From assembly GCA_035499995.1 (NCBI GenBank), contig DATJXR010000035.1:25351-89350 (forward strand): 64,000 nucleotides of DNA, written 5' to 3'. The stretch's first letter is position 1, and the number at the start of each line of letters is the position of its first letter. This stretch comes from Rhizomicrobium sp. Its GTDB lineage: Bacteria > Pseudomonadota > Alphaproteobacteria > Micropepsales > Micropepsaceae. The notes beneath the pieces were generated by a model that was not told the DNA's origin, did not search any database, and saw only the letters and a list, made by a program, of their open reading frames with translations. Positions 48,852-59,432 of this stretch are shown in pieces. A program made the position numbers and the translations under genes.

Positions 48852-49049
48852 GCTGCCCGTCCTAAGTGCTTGGCGGGATTGCGGTTTGGGGCCTATCTTT
48901 GCATTCGATGGAGTTCGGGCGGGACGCTTCGCGCGAATTAATGTCGTCCCGCGCCCTGGCGCGGGCGGCAACCCGCTGGCAAGGCGTGCTGCTATAATGT
49001 AATTGCGCCGCGCCAACCTCGCGCCAACCCACGGAGCCATACCCCCGAC

Positions 49050-50827
<1,778 letters not shown>

Positions 50828-50831
<4 letters not shown>

Positions 50832-52309
50832 CGGACACCGGCCATCTTCCCGCCGAAACGGACGGCCAGGGCGCCGTGGACGACGCGGCCGCGAACGACG
50901 GCGACCGCGCCAATCTTCCCGTCCCGCGCTACAGCTTCGGCGGCGTGATGGCGCCGGCCTGGCACTGGATGAGGCTCGCCTTCGCCGGCCCCGACGTGCC
51001 CACGCCGGAGGACGAGCAGCTCACCTTCCTGCGCACCGGCCGGGTGGTGCGCATCGCGCTCTCCACCGTGGTGGTGTTCGTGTTCGGGGCGCTGGCCTGG
51101 GCGGCGTTCGCGCCGCTCGAAAGCGCGCTGATGGCGCCCGGCGTGCTGGTGGTGGAATCGCACAGGAAGGACATCCAGCACCTCGAAGGCGGGATCGTGA
51201 AGGAGATCTACGTCAAGGACGGCGACAGCGTGAAGGCCGGCCAGACGCTGATCAAGCTGGACGACACCCAGGCCCGCGTCCAGCTCGCCCTGCTGCAGGA
51301 CGAGGCCGACGGCCTGGAGGCGCAGGAGGCGCGGCTCATCGCGCTGCGCGACGGCGACGATCACGTCAGCTTCCCGCCCGACCTGCTGGCCCGCCAGAAC
51401 GACCCCAAGGTCGCCGAGGACATCCGCGGCGAGGAGAAGACCTTCGAGACCAAGCGCAGCTCGCTCACCGAGCAGATCGGCATCCTCAACCAGCGCAAGG
51501 GCGAGAACGGCAAGGTGATCTCCGGCCTCAAGGCCGAGCAGCAGGCGCTCGACACCCAGATCACGCTGATCAACGAGGAAGCCGGCAACGTCCAGCAGAT
51601 GGTCGACAAGGGGCTGGAGCCGCTGCCCAGGCTGCTGGCGCTGCAGCGCCAGGCGGCGGACCTCACCGGCCAGCGCGGCCAGGTGCTCGAGAAGATGTCC
51701 CAGGTCGATCTCAACAACGGCGAGACCGACATCCAGATCGTCAACCTCAGGAGCCAGGCGCTGGACGACGAGCTGAAGGACCTGCGCGACGTGCAGTCCA
51801 AGCGCTTCGACCTGCAGGACCGCATCCAGGCCGCGCGCGACGTGCTCATGCGCACCAGCCTGACCACGCCGGTCAGCGGCAAGGTGGTCGACCTTTCGGT
51901 GCACACCCGCGGCGCCGTCATCAAGCCGGGCGAGACGGTGATGGAGGTCGTGCCGCAGAAGGACGCGCTCGAGGTCGAGGCCCATGTCCGCCCCGAGGAC
52001 GCCGAATACGTCTATGCCGGCCAGGAGGCGAAGGTCACGCTCACCTCCTATCTCGCGCGCCGCCTGCCGCAGCTTTCCGGCCGCGTCGAGACCGTCTCCG
52101 CCGACCGGCTGACCGACCAGCGCACTGGCCAGGCCTATTTCGTGGCGGTGGTGAGCGTGGACCGCAACGAGCTCAAGCCCTTCCCCGACGTGCGCCTCAT
52201 CCCCGGCATGCCCGCCCAGGTCGCCATCCAGACCGGCACCCGCACCGCCCTCGACTACTTCATCGAACCGATCCGCGACGTGATTCGCAACGGGATGAAG
52301 GAGCGGTAG
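50828..52309 (+). CDS. HlyD-family type I secretion membrane-fusion protein
   Basis: 493 aa overlapping the ABC stop by 4 nt. TM anchor, long coiled-coil and C-terminal beta domain. Confidence 0.85.
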
Positions 52310-52315
52310 CCGCGT

Positions 52316-52590
52316 CTTCCTCCCCCGCGTGAGCCCGCACGCGTCCTCCCCCGCGAGAGCGGCCCGCACGCTTTCTCCCCCGCGAGAGCGGCCCCGCGCT
52401 TCCTCCCCCGCGAGAGCGGGGGAGGGGGACCGGCGAAGCCGGTGGAGGGGGGACGGCGGTGGCGGGAGCCGGTTTCGTTCTTCACCACTGACACACCCCT
52501 TCCGTCTCGCGCGACTGCCGTCGCGCGATCCACCTCCCCCGCTCTCGCGGGGGAGGAAGCTCCGCCGAAGCGGGGTGAGGAAGGCGGAAT
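52316..52590. repeat. family-C element cluster: four tandem ~28-bp units (TCCTCCCCCGCGAGAGCGGCCCGCACGC-like) plus an inverted partner copy
   Basis: tcctcccccgcgtgagcccgcacgcg / tcctcccccgcgagagcggcccgcacgct / ttctcccccgcgagagcggccccgcgct / tcctcccccgcgagagcgggggagggggacc ... ccacctcccccgctctcgcgggggaggaagc. Confidence 0.55.
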
Positions 52591-52987
52591 GGCGGAAAAC
52601 GGGGGTTTTTGGCGAGAAATATTCCTCTGCGAACCTCTTGTGTTCTACTGTGGGCTGTATTATATGCTCTCCAGCATCACACGCAGGAGTTTAGCCTTCC
52701 ACTGACGGACGACCGCAAGACCAGACAGGCAAGGGCGCCCACTTGCGGGTGGCCCGCGCGGATTTCGAGGATCGACAGGCCGGAGGCGCCCCCAGGCGGA
52801 GGGCCTCAGATCGGCGCCCCTCCGGGGAGCGAGGCTAGGGTGTTTGCACCAGAGGTGGCCCGGGCATCACAGCTACCGGATCGAAGGCGTCGGGGCGAAG
52901 ATCCCTTCTTCCGCATGAAAGCCGTGGAGATCCCGGAAGGGCGATGTGGCTGGCGAGTTAAACTGCGTCACGTCACCGGCCCCAGGG

Positions 52988-53030
52988 GATTCACCCCAAA
53001 GCCCTGGCCCATCCCAACGGTCCAGGGCTT
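52988..53030 (+). other. perfect 12-bp stem / 14-nt loop hairpin (CCAAAGCCCTGG...CCAGGGCTTTGG) in non-coding DNA
   Basis: tcaccccaaagccctggcccatcccaacggtccagggctttggtgtgtcttccc. There is no T-tract, so it is not a canonical intrinsic terminator. Confidence 0.35.
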
Positions 53031-53039
53031 TGGTGTGTC

Positions 53040-53105
53040 TTCCCTTATCCTCCCCCGCGAAGCGGGGGAGGTGGATCGCGCCGCGCAGCGGCCGCGAGAC
53101 GGAGG
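53040..53105. repeat. family-C palindromic element, additional copy
   Basis: tcctcccccgcgaagcgggggaggtggatcgcgccgcgcagcggccgcgagacggagggggtgag. Confidence 0.5.
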
Positions 53106-53137
53106 GGGTGAGTCCGCGGAAGATCGAGGCGCCAATA

Positions 53138-53280
53138 ACCTCCCCCTTGTGGGGAGGTCGAAAAATGCGAAGCATTTTTCGGGTGAGGGGAGTGGTGCTG
53201 TGCTGTCTCCACCGCGCCCCTCACCCGAAAAATTCATCGCTGCGCTCGAATTTTTCGACCTCCCCACAAGGGGGAGGTTA
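53138..53280. repeat. family-A palindromic element, copy 5
   Basis: AACCTCCCCCTTGTGGGGAGGTCGAAAAATGCGAAGCATTTTTCGGGTGAGGGG...CCCCTCACCCGAAAAATTCATCGCTGCGCTCGAATTTTTCGACCTCCCCACAAGGGGGAGGTTA. Confidence 0.6.
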
Positions 53281-53312
53281 TAGTTTGAGCAACCCGCCAT
53301 TGGAGCCTTCGC

Positions 53313-54254
53313 GTGCCCATCCGAAACCGCATCACCGAAATGCTCGGTGTGGAGCATCCCATCGTGCAGGCGCCGATGGGCTGGATCGCCCGCGCGCAGC
53401 TCGCCAGCGCGGTGTCCAACGCGGGCGGGCTGGGGATCATCGAGACCTCGTCCGGCCGGCTGGACGAAGTGCGCGAAGAGATCAGGAAGATGCGCACGCT
53501 CACCGCCAAGCCCTTCGGGGTGAACGTCGCGCTCGCCTTCGTGCGCGATCCCTCCATCGTGCAATTCGTGATCGACCAGGGCGTGAAGTTCGTCACCACC
53601 TCGGCGGGCGATCCGCGCAGGATCGTGGGCCCGCTCAAGGAGGCGGGGCTCACCGTGTTCCACGTGGTGCCGTCGCTCAAGGCCGCGCTGCGCGCCATCG
53701 AGGCGGGGGTGGACGGGCTCGTCGTCGAGGGCGGCGAGGGCGGCGGCTTCAAGAACCCGCGCGAGGTCGCCACGATGGTGCTGCTGCCGCTGGTCTGCGA
53801 GAAGACCGGCGTGCCGGTGATCGCCGCCGGCGGCATCGTCGACGGCCGCACCATGGCCGCGGCGTTCGCGCTCGGCGCGGAAGGCGTGCAGATGGGCACG
53901 CGCATGGTGTCGAGCGCGGAGTCGCCGGTGCACATCAACTGGAAGAATTCCATCCTCGCCGCGGAGGAGACCGGCACCGTGTTCCTCAACCGCTTCGGGC
54001 CGGGGCCCGCGCTGCGGGCGCTGCGCACCGAGCGGACGGCGCGGCTGGAGAAGGAGCCCGGGCCGAACATCATGGGCGAGTTCGGCACCGCGCTCGATCT
54101 CTATTTCGGCGGCGACATGGAGGCGTCCATCGCGCTCTCCGGCCAGGTGGCGGGGCGCATCGACGCGATCAAGCCGGTGAAGCAGATCATCGACGAGGCG
54201 GTGAGGGAGTTCGAGGAAACGATCCGCGCATTGTCGGGCAAGTACAAACTCTGA
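53313..54254 (+). CDS. nitronate monooxygenase (NMO / 2-nitropropane dioxygenase-like FMN enzyme)
   Basis: 313 aa, TIM-barrel FMN oxidoreductase (IVQAPMGWIA, GGIVDGR motifs). Confidence 0.85.
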   Translation: MPIRNRITEMLGVEHPIVQAPMGWIARAQLASAVSNAGGLGIIETSSGRLDEVREEIRKMRTLTAKPFGVNVALAFVRDPSIVQFVIDQGVKFVTTSAGDPRRIVGPLKEAGLTVFHVVPSLKAALRAIEAGVDGLVVEGGEGGGFKNPREVATMVLLPLVCEKTGVPVIAAGGIVDGRTMAAAFALGAEGVQMGTRMVSSAESPVHINWKNSILAAEETGTVFLNRFGPGPALRALRTERTARLEKEPGPNIMGEFGTALDLYFGGDMEASIALSGQVAGRIDAIKPVKQIIDEAVREFEETIRALSGKYKL

Positions 54255-54301
54255 CGCAGCCCGTGCCCGCGCATCCGGGCAGAGGAACAGGAAGGTGGCG
54301 A

Positions 54302-55060
54302 ATGGCGCTTCTCAACCGCGACGGCGTGAACATCTACTACGAAGTGCACGGCCGCGGCCCCGCGATCCTGCTCACCCACGGCTATTCCGCCACCTCGCAG
54401 ATGTGGGCCGGCCAGATCGCGCCGCTGTCGAAATCGCACACGCTGATCCTGTGGGACATGCGCGGCCACGGCCAGTCGGACTCGCCGGAGGATCCGTCGC
54501 TCTACAGCGAGGAAGCCACCGTCGCCGACATGGCGGCGCTGCTCGACCGGGCGGGCGCGAAGGACGCCATCGTCGGCGGCCTGTCGCTCGGCGGCTACAT
54601 GTCGCTCGCCTTCAACCTCGCGCATCCCGGGCGCACCCGCGCGCTGCTCATCGTCGACACCGGCCCCGGCTTCCGGAACGACGCGGCGCGCGAGGACTGG
54701 AACGTCTATGCCCGCAAGAACGCCGATCGCTTCGAGCGCGAGGGCATGGACCAGCTCAAGTCCCAGAGCCCGGAGCGCGCCGGCGCCCGCCACCGCTCGG
54801 CGAAAGGCCTGGCGCTGGCCGCGCGCGGCATGCTCACCCAGCGCGACGCGCGCGTCATCGACTCGCTGCCGCGGATCGCGGTGCCGTCGCTGGTGATCGT
54901 GGGCGCCAACGACACCGGCTTCCTGAAAGCCGCCGATTACATGGAAGCAAGGATCCCCGGCGCGCGGAAAACGGTGATCGCGGACGCGGGCCACGCCGCG
55001 AACATCGACCAGCCGGACGCGTTCAACGCGGCGGTCATGGCCTTCGTCGACGCGCTGTGA
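54302..55060 (+). CDS. alpha/beta-fold hydrolase
   Basis: 252-aa C-terminal segment of artefactual track ORF 52946..55060 starting MALLNRDGVNIYYEVHGRGPAILLTHGY. Nucleophile elbow GLSLGG. Confidence 0.75.
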   Translation: MALLNRDGVNIYYEVHGRGPAILLTHGYSATSQMWAGQIAPLSKSHTLILWDMRGHGQSDSPEDPSLYSEEATVADMAALLDRAGAKDAIVGGLSLGGYMSLAFNLAHPGRTRALLIVDTGPGFRNDAAREDWNVYARKNADRFEREGMDQLKSQSPERAGARHRSAKGLALAARGMLTQRDARVIDSLPRIAVPSLVIVGANDTGFLKAADYMEARIPGARKTVIADAGHAANIDQPDAFNAAVMAFVDAL

Positions 55061-55156
55061 AACGGCAAATCGTTCCCGGGTTCCCCGCGCGGCCGGCGGG
55101 GATCGAATTCGCGCGCCGCAAGTTAACAATTCGCACTCACAAACAGCGCGTTCCGA

Positions 55157-55909
55157 ATGCCGCGTCTTCGCAATCTCACGCCGGGCCCGCCGCCCGATCT
55201 CGTCGTCAGGCGCCTGTCGCGTTTCGCGGCGCTGAACGAGAGCGAACGCGCGCTCCTGCGGTCGATCACCGTGGTCACGCGCGACGTCGGTCCCGGCCAG
55301 AGCCTGGTGGCAGAAGGCGACCGGCTGGACACGCCGTGGCTGCTGCTGGCCGGCTGGGCCTGCCGCATGCGCGGCTTCCCCGACGGGCGGCGCCAGATCT
55401 TCGAGTTCATCCTGCCGGGGGAGATGTACGGGCTGTGCCTCAGGCCGCTCGCGGTCTCGCTGTCGACCATCGTCACGCTCACCGCGGCCACGATCAGCGA
55501 CGCGATGCCCCTGCGCGAGGTGCTGCTCGGCCGGCCGCAGGCCTATCCCAATCTCGCCGCGGCGCTGCATTGCACCGCCGCGCTGGACGAGGCGCATCTT
55601 CTCAACCAGCTGATCCGCATCGGCCGGCAATCGGCCTTCGAGCGGTTGGCGCATCTGATCCTGGAATTGCGCGAGCGGCTTTCGATGGTGGGGCTTGCCG
55701 GCGCCGACACGATTCCGCTGCCGCTGACGCAGGAGATGCTGGCCGACGCGCTCGGCCTCTCGATCGTGCATCTCAACCGGACGCTCCAGCAGCTGCGCCG
55801 CGAGAACCTCATCGCCTTCAAGAGCGGCGTGCTGCGCCTCATCCAGCCCGACCGCCTGATCGAGATCGCCGACTTCCGCCCGCCCCAGGTGATCAAGGCG
55901 GCGGCATAG
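55157..55909 (+). CDS. Crp/Fnr-family transcriptional regulator
   Basis: 250 aa with a cNMP-binding-like beta-roll and a C-terminal HTH (QEMLADALGLSIVHLNRTLQQLRRENLI). Confidence 0.8.
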   Translation: MPRLRNLTPGPPPDLVVRRLSRFAALNESERALLRSITVVTRDVGPGQSLVAEGDRLDTPWLLLAGWACRMRGFPDGRRQIFEFILPGEMYGLCLRPLAVSLSTIVTLTAATISDAMPLREVLLGRPQAYPNLAAALHCTAALDEAHLLNQLIRIGRQSAFERLAHLILELRERLSMVGLAGADTIPLPLTQEMLADALGLSIVHLNRTLQQLRRENLIAFKSGVLRLIQPDRLIEIADFRPPQVIKAAA

Positions 55910-55964
55910 CACCGTCCGGAATCGCGTTTCCCCCGCGGCCCCGAGCTCCCGAATTCCCGCGTCC

Positions 55965-58199
55965 TCAGCTCGCCACGAACAGGATCGGGCCCGTCCAGTC
56001 GCGCATCAGGGCGGCGGCGGTGTTGCCGAAGAAGAGCACTTCGCCGGGCCGCTTGTTCACCCCCATCACGATCAGGTCGTGCTTCGGCGCCACGCGCGCG
56101 ATGGGCCGGCCCGCGGCGCGGTCCGACGCCACGGCGGTCTGGATGTCGAGATCGTAGCGCGCGGCCAGCCGCACGATGTCCTTCAGCACGGCCTCGGCGT
56201 TGCGCCGCGCGGCGCCGCTGCGGCCCCCGCCATTCTCCGCCGAGACGTAGAGCGCGGTCGCCCCCGCGCCGCAGGCCCGCGCCAGCACGAAGGCGGTCTC
56301 CGCGCCGCGCCGCGAAACGTCCGTGCCGTTCACCGGCACCAGGATGCGCGCGCCGCCGTCGAGGAATTCCGCCGCCGGGCAATCCTCGCACACCAGCACC
56401 GCCAGGGGCCCGTCGAAATCGCCGGCGATGCGGCTCAGCCGCGGCGAGATTTCGCCCGCGCGGTTGCGGCTGCCCGCCGTGCCCAGGAACATCAGGCCGA
56501 AGCCCTTGCGCGCGGCCTCGGCCACTTTGTCGCCCGGCGTGCGGCCCTTGACCTCGCGGGAGATATCGACCTTGCGGGGCTTTTCCTCCTCGGCGGTTTC
56601 GGCGGCCGCGGCGGCGCTCTCCTTCGCGCTGTCCTTGATGACGCGCTCGTGGCCTTCCCCGGCGGCATCCGCCTTCCTGGCGGATTTCGCGATCTCCACG
56701 ATGCCGATGGGCATGCCGCGCGATCCCGCCACCGCCCCGGCGATGCGCGCGGCGATCTTCCCGGCCGCGCTGTCGTCGACCGCCAGGAGGACGCGCTCGA
56801 GCTTGGGGATGAAGCCCTTCTCGTCGAGCGCCTCGCGCTCCAGCCGTTCCTTCTCGCTCTTGCCGAGCGGCAGCCTGGCCAGCGCGCGGCGCAGCATGGG
56901 CGGCATGGCGGTGGTGGTGACCAGCGCCATGGTGACGATCATGGTGAAGAGGTTTTGCGTCAGCGCGCCCATCGACAGGCCGATCGAGGCCACGATGACC
57001 TCGGTCGAGCCGCGCGCGTTCATCCCGCAGCCCAGCGCCAGCGCCTCGCCGTTCCTCAGCCCGCCGAGCTTGCCGCCCAGGAAGGCGCCGGAGAACTTGC
57101 CCAGGCTCGCGATGACGATCAGCCCCAGCGTCAGGAGCAGCATCGCCGGATCGCGCAGCACCGTCAGGTCGGCGCTGATTCCCGAAAGCCCGAAGAACAC
57201 GGGCATGAACAGGGCGGTGATCACCCCGCGCAGCTGTTCGTCGATGTGCCTGGTCAGGATCGGGGATTCGCCCACCAGCACCCCCGCCACGAACGCGCCA
57301 AGCACGCTTTGCACGCCGATGGCCGAGGTGATCAGCGCCATGGAGCCCATGATCACCAGGATCGTGGTCACCACGGCGAACTCGCTTTCGAAGGTGTCGT
57401 TGGCCCAGCGGATGAGCGCGAAGACGATGCGCCGCCCGAAGGTGAGGCTCAGCACCAGGAAAGCGGCGATGCCGGCGGCGATCCGGGCGATCGAGGCGAG
57501 GCCGGGCGCGCCGGATTCCGCGATGCCCAGCGTCACCGCCACGATGATCCAGCCGATGGAGTCCTCCAGGATGGCGGACGCCACGATGATCTGGCCGAGA
57601 TTGCGGCGCATGAAGTTCATCTCCCGCACCACCATCGCCACGATCTTGATGGAGGAGATCGACAGCGCCGTGCCCAGGAACAGCGCCGTCACCAGGCGGT
57701 GTCCGGCGTCGGGCAGGATGGATTGCGGGACGAATTCGCCCAGCGCGAACCCCAGCGCGAAAGGCACCGCGATGCCGGCCAGCGAAACCGTGACCGCCGC
57801 GCGCCCCACCTTCCGCACCAGCTTGAGGTCGGTCTCCATGCCGGTGAGGAGCAGCAACAAGAGGATGCCGAGCTTCGACAGCCCGTCGATCATCGCCTTC
57901 TGCGCCGGCGCGGACGGGAAGAGGAATCTCTCCGCGCCCGGCCAGAGCGCACCGAGGACGGAATGCCCCAGCAGGATTCCGGCAAGCAGCATGCCCATCA
58001 CCGAGGGCTGGCCCAGCCGCACCATGGCCTCGCCGAGGAGCCGGCCCGCCGCGAGCAGGAGCACGATCTCCGCCACGAAGGCCGCTTCGCCCGTCGGCGG
58101 GAGCGGCGCGGCCGCGCCCGCGGCCGCCGCGGGTCCCGCGAGCCCGAACATGGCCGCTGCCGCAGCCATGACGGCGAGCCACATGGCATTGGCCCGCAT
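55965..58199 (-). CDS. CPA2-family cation:proton antiporter fused to tandem C-terminal universal-stress-protein (UspA) domains
   Basis: Track ORF 55965..58217. Alternative starts are Met 1 (58217), Met 7 (58199) and Met 12. Na+/H+-exchanger TM domain (about 390 aa) then two Usp-like modules. The N-terminus is hydrophobic and Ala-rich. Confidence 0.8.
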   Translation of the reverse strand: MRANAMWLAVMAAAAAMFGLAGPAAAAGAAAPLPPTGEAAFVAEIVLLLAAGRLLGEAMVRLGQPSVMGMLLAGILLGHSVLGALWPGAERFLFPSAPAQKAMIDGLSKLGILLLLLLTGMETDLKLVRKVGRAAVTVSLAGIAVPFALGFALGEFVPQSILPDAGHRLVTALFLGTALSISSIKIVAMVVREMNFMRRNLGQIIVASAILEDSIGWIIVAVTLGIAESGAPGLASIARIAAGIAAFLVLSLTFGRRIVFALIRWANDTFESEFAVVTTILVIMGSMALITSAIGVQSVLGAFVAGVLVGESPILTRHIDEQLRGVITALFMPVFFGLSGISADLTVLRDPAMLLLTLGLIVIASLGKFSGAFLGGKLGGLRNGEALALGCGMNARGSTEVIVASIGLSMGALTQNLFTMIVTMALVTTTAMPPMLRRALARLPLGKSEKERLEREALDEKGFIPKLERVLLAVDDSAAGKIAARIAGAVAGSRGMPIGIVEIAKSARKADAAGEGHERVIKDSAKESAAAAAETAEEEKPRKVDISREVKGRTPGDKVAEAARKGFGLMFLGTAGSRNRAGEISPRLSRIAGDFDGPLAVLVCEDCPAAEFLDGGARILVPVNGTDVSRRGAETAFVLARACGAGATALYVSAENGGGRSGAARRNAEAVLKDIVRLAARYDLDIQTAVASDRAAGRPIARVAPKHDLIVMGVNKRPGEVLFFGNTAAALMRDWTGPILFVAS

Positions 58200-58289
58200 T
58201 CCGTTCCTATACTGCATGCATCCGGCGCCCGGTTGCCCTCAATTGCAAAACGCACGAGACGGCGGAAGTTCCCGGGAAAAGGGGAAAGC

Positions 58290-59432
58290 ATGAATACGAA
58301 GGACGCCCATCCCGCCACCATCGCGGCCCAGGCGCTGGGCTGGGTGGAGGAAGCGAGCAAGGCGGTGTCGCCGGGCATCCCGATGTCGTCCACCTATGTG
58401 CGCGACGTGGACAACGGCTATCGCTCCGGGCGCATCTATGCCCGCGCCGACAATCCGGCCTACGACCAGCCGCAGGCCGTGCTGGCCGCGCTGGAGAAGG
58501 GCGCCGATGCGATGCTGTTCTCCTCCGGCGTCGCGGCGGCCACCGCGTGCTTCCTGGCGCTCGAGCCGGGCGATCACGTGGTGGCGCCCAAGGTGATGTA
58601 CTGGTCGCTGCGCAACTGGCTCATGAACTACGCGCGGCAATGGGGCCTCGATGTCGAGCTGGCCGACATGACCGACATGGCCGCGCTGAGATCCGCCATG
58701 CGTCCCGGCAAGACCAGGCTCGTGTGGCTGGAGACGCCGTCCAATCCGCTGTGGGAAGTCACCGACATCGCGGCGGCGGCGGAGATCGGGCGCGGCGCCG
58801 GCGCGCGCCTCGCCGTGGATTCCACCGTCGCCACTCCCGTGCTGACCCGGCCGCTCGAACTGGGCGCGGACATCGTGATGCATTCGGCCACGAAATACCT
58901 CAATGGCCATTCCGATCTCGTCGCCGGCGCGCTCGTCACGCGCGCGGAGGATGCGTACTGGGAGCGGCTGAAGACGATCCGCGTGCAATTGGGCGCCATC
59001 CTGGGCGCGGTGGAGGCATGGCTGCTGTTGCGCGGCATGCGCACGCTCTATCCGCGGGTGCGGACGGCCTGCGCCTCCGCGCAACGCATCGCGGAACACT
59101 TCGCGCATCACCCGGCGCTGGTGGAGGTCCTCTATCCCGGCCTGCCGGAATTCCGCGGCCACGATATCGCCGGGCGCCAGATGCGGGGCGGCTTCGGCGG
59201 CATGCTCTCCATCCGGGTGAAAGGCGGCGAGCAGGCGGCCGTCGGCGCGGCGGCGAAGATCAAGGTGTGGAAGCGCGCCACCTCGCTCGGCGGGGTCGAG
59301 AGCCTGCTCGAGCACCGTGCCTCGGTCGAGGGCGCCAACTCGCCATGCCCGCCCGATCTGTTGCGCCTCTCCGTGGGCCTGGAAGAAACCGGCGATCTCA
59401 TCGCCGACCTCGAGCGCGCGTTGAAGCCGTGA
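58290..59432 (+). CDS. PLP-dependent trans-sulfuration-family enzyme (cystathionine gamma-synthase / methionine gamma-lyase family)
   Basis: 380 aa from the internal Met of artefact track ORF 56079..59432 (MNTKDAHPATIAAQ...). PLP-lysine motif SATKYLNGHSD. Confidence 0.85.
   Translation: MNTKDAHPATIAAQALGWVEEASKAVSPGIPMSSTYVRDVDNGYRSGRIYARADNPAYDQPQAVLAALEKGADAMLFSSGVAAATACFLALEPGDHVVAPKVMYWSLRNWLMNYARQWGLDVELADMTDMAALRSAMRPGKTRLVWLETPSNPLWEVTDIAAAAEIGRGAGARLAVDSTVATPVLTRPLELGADIVMHSATKYLNGHSDLVAGALVTRAEDAYWERLKTIRVQLGAILGAVEAWLLLRGMRTLYPRVRTACASAQRIAEHFAHHPALVEVLYPGLPEFRGHDIAGRQMRGGFGGMLSIRVKGGEQAAVGAAAKIKVWKRATSLGGVESLLEHRASVEGANSPCPPDLLRLSVGLEETGDLIADLERALKP

Noticed and set aside
52316-52430. 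Possible CRISPR array (four tandem ~28-bp repeats)
   Set aside because: The units are contiguous with no spacers. They are degenerate copies of the family-C palindrome that also occurs singly elsewhere (43031 and 53040), and no cas genes are present.
52600-53100. Candidate tmRNA, RNase P RNA or SRP RNA in the large intergenic island
   Set aside because: I looked for the alphaproteobacterial tag ORF (A-N-D-N...), a GGTTCGANTCC T-loop and the RNase P GAAAGTCCGG motif, and found none of them. It is kept only as an unclassified candidate sRNA.
56079-59432. 1117-aa + strand ORF overlapping the CPA2 antiporter
   Set aside because: Only the last 380 aa (from MNTKDAHPA) form the PLP enzyme. The rest is a low-complexity antisense translation of the antiporter gene.
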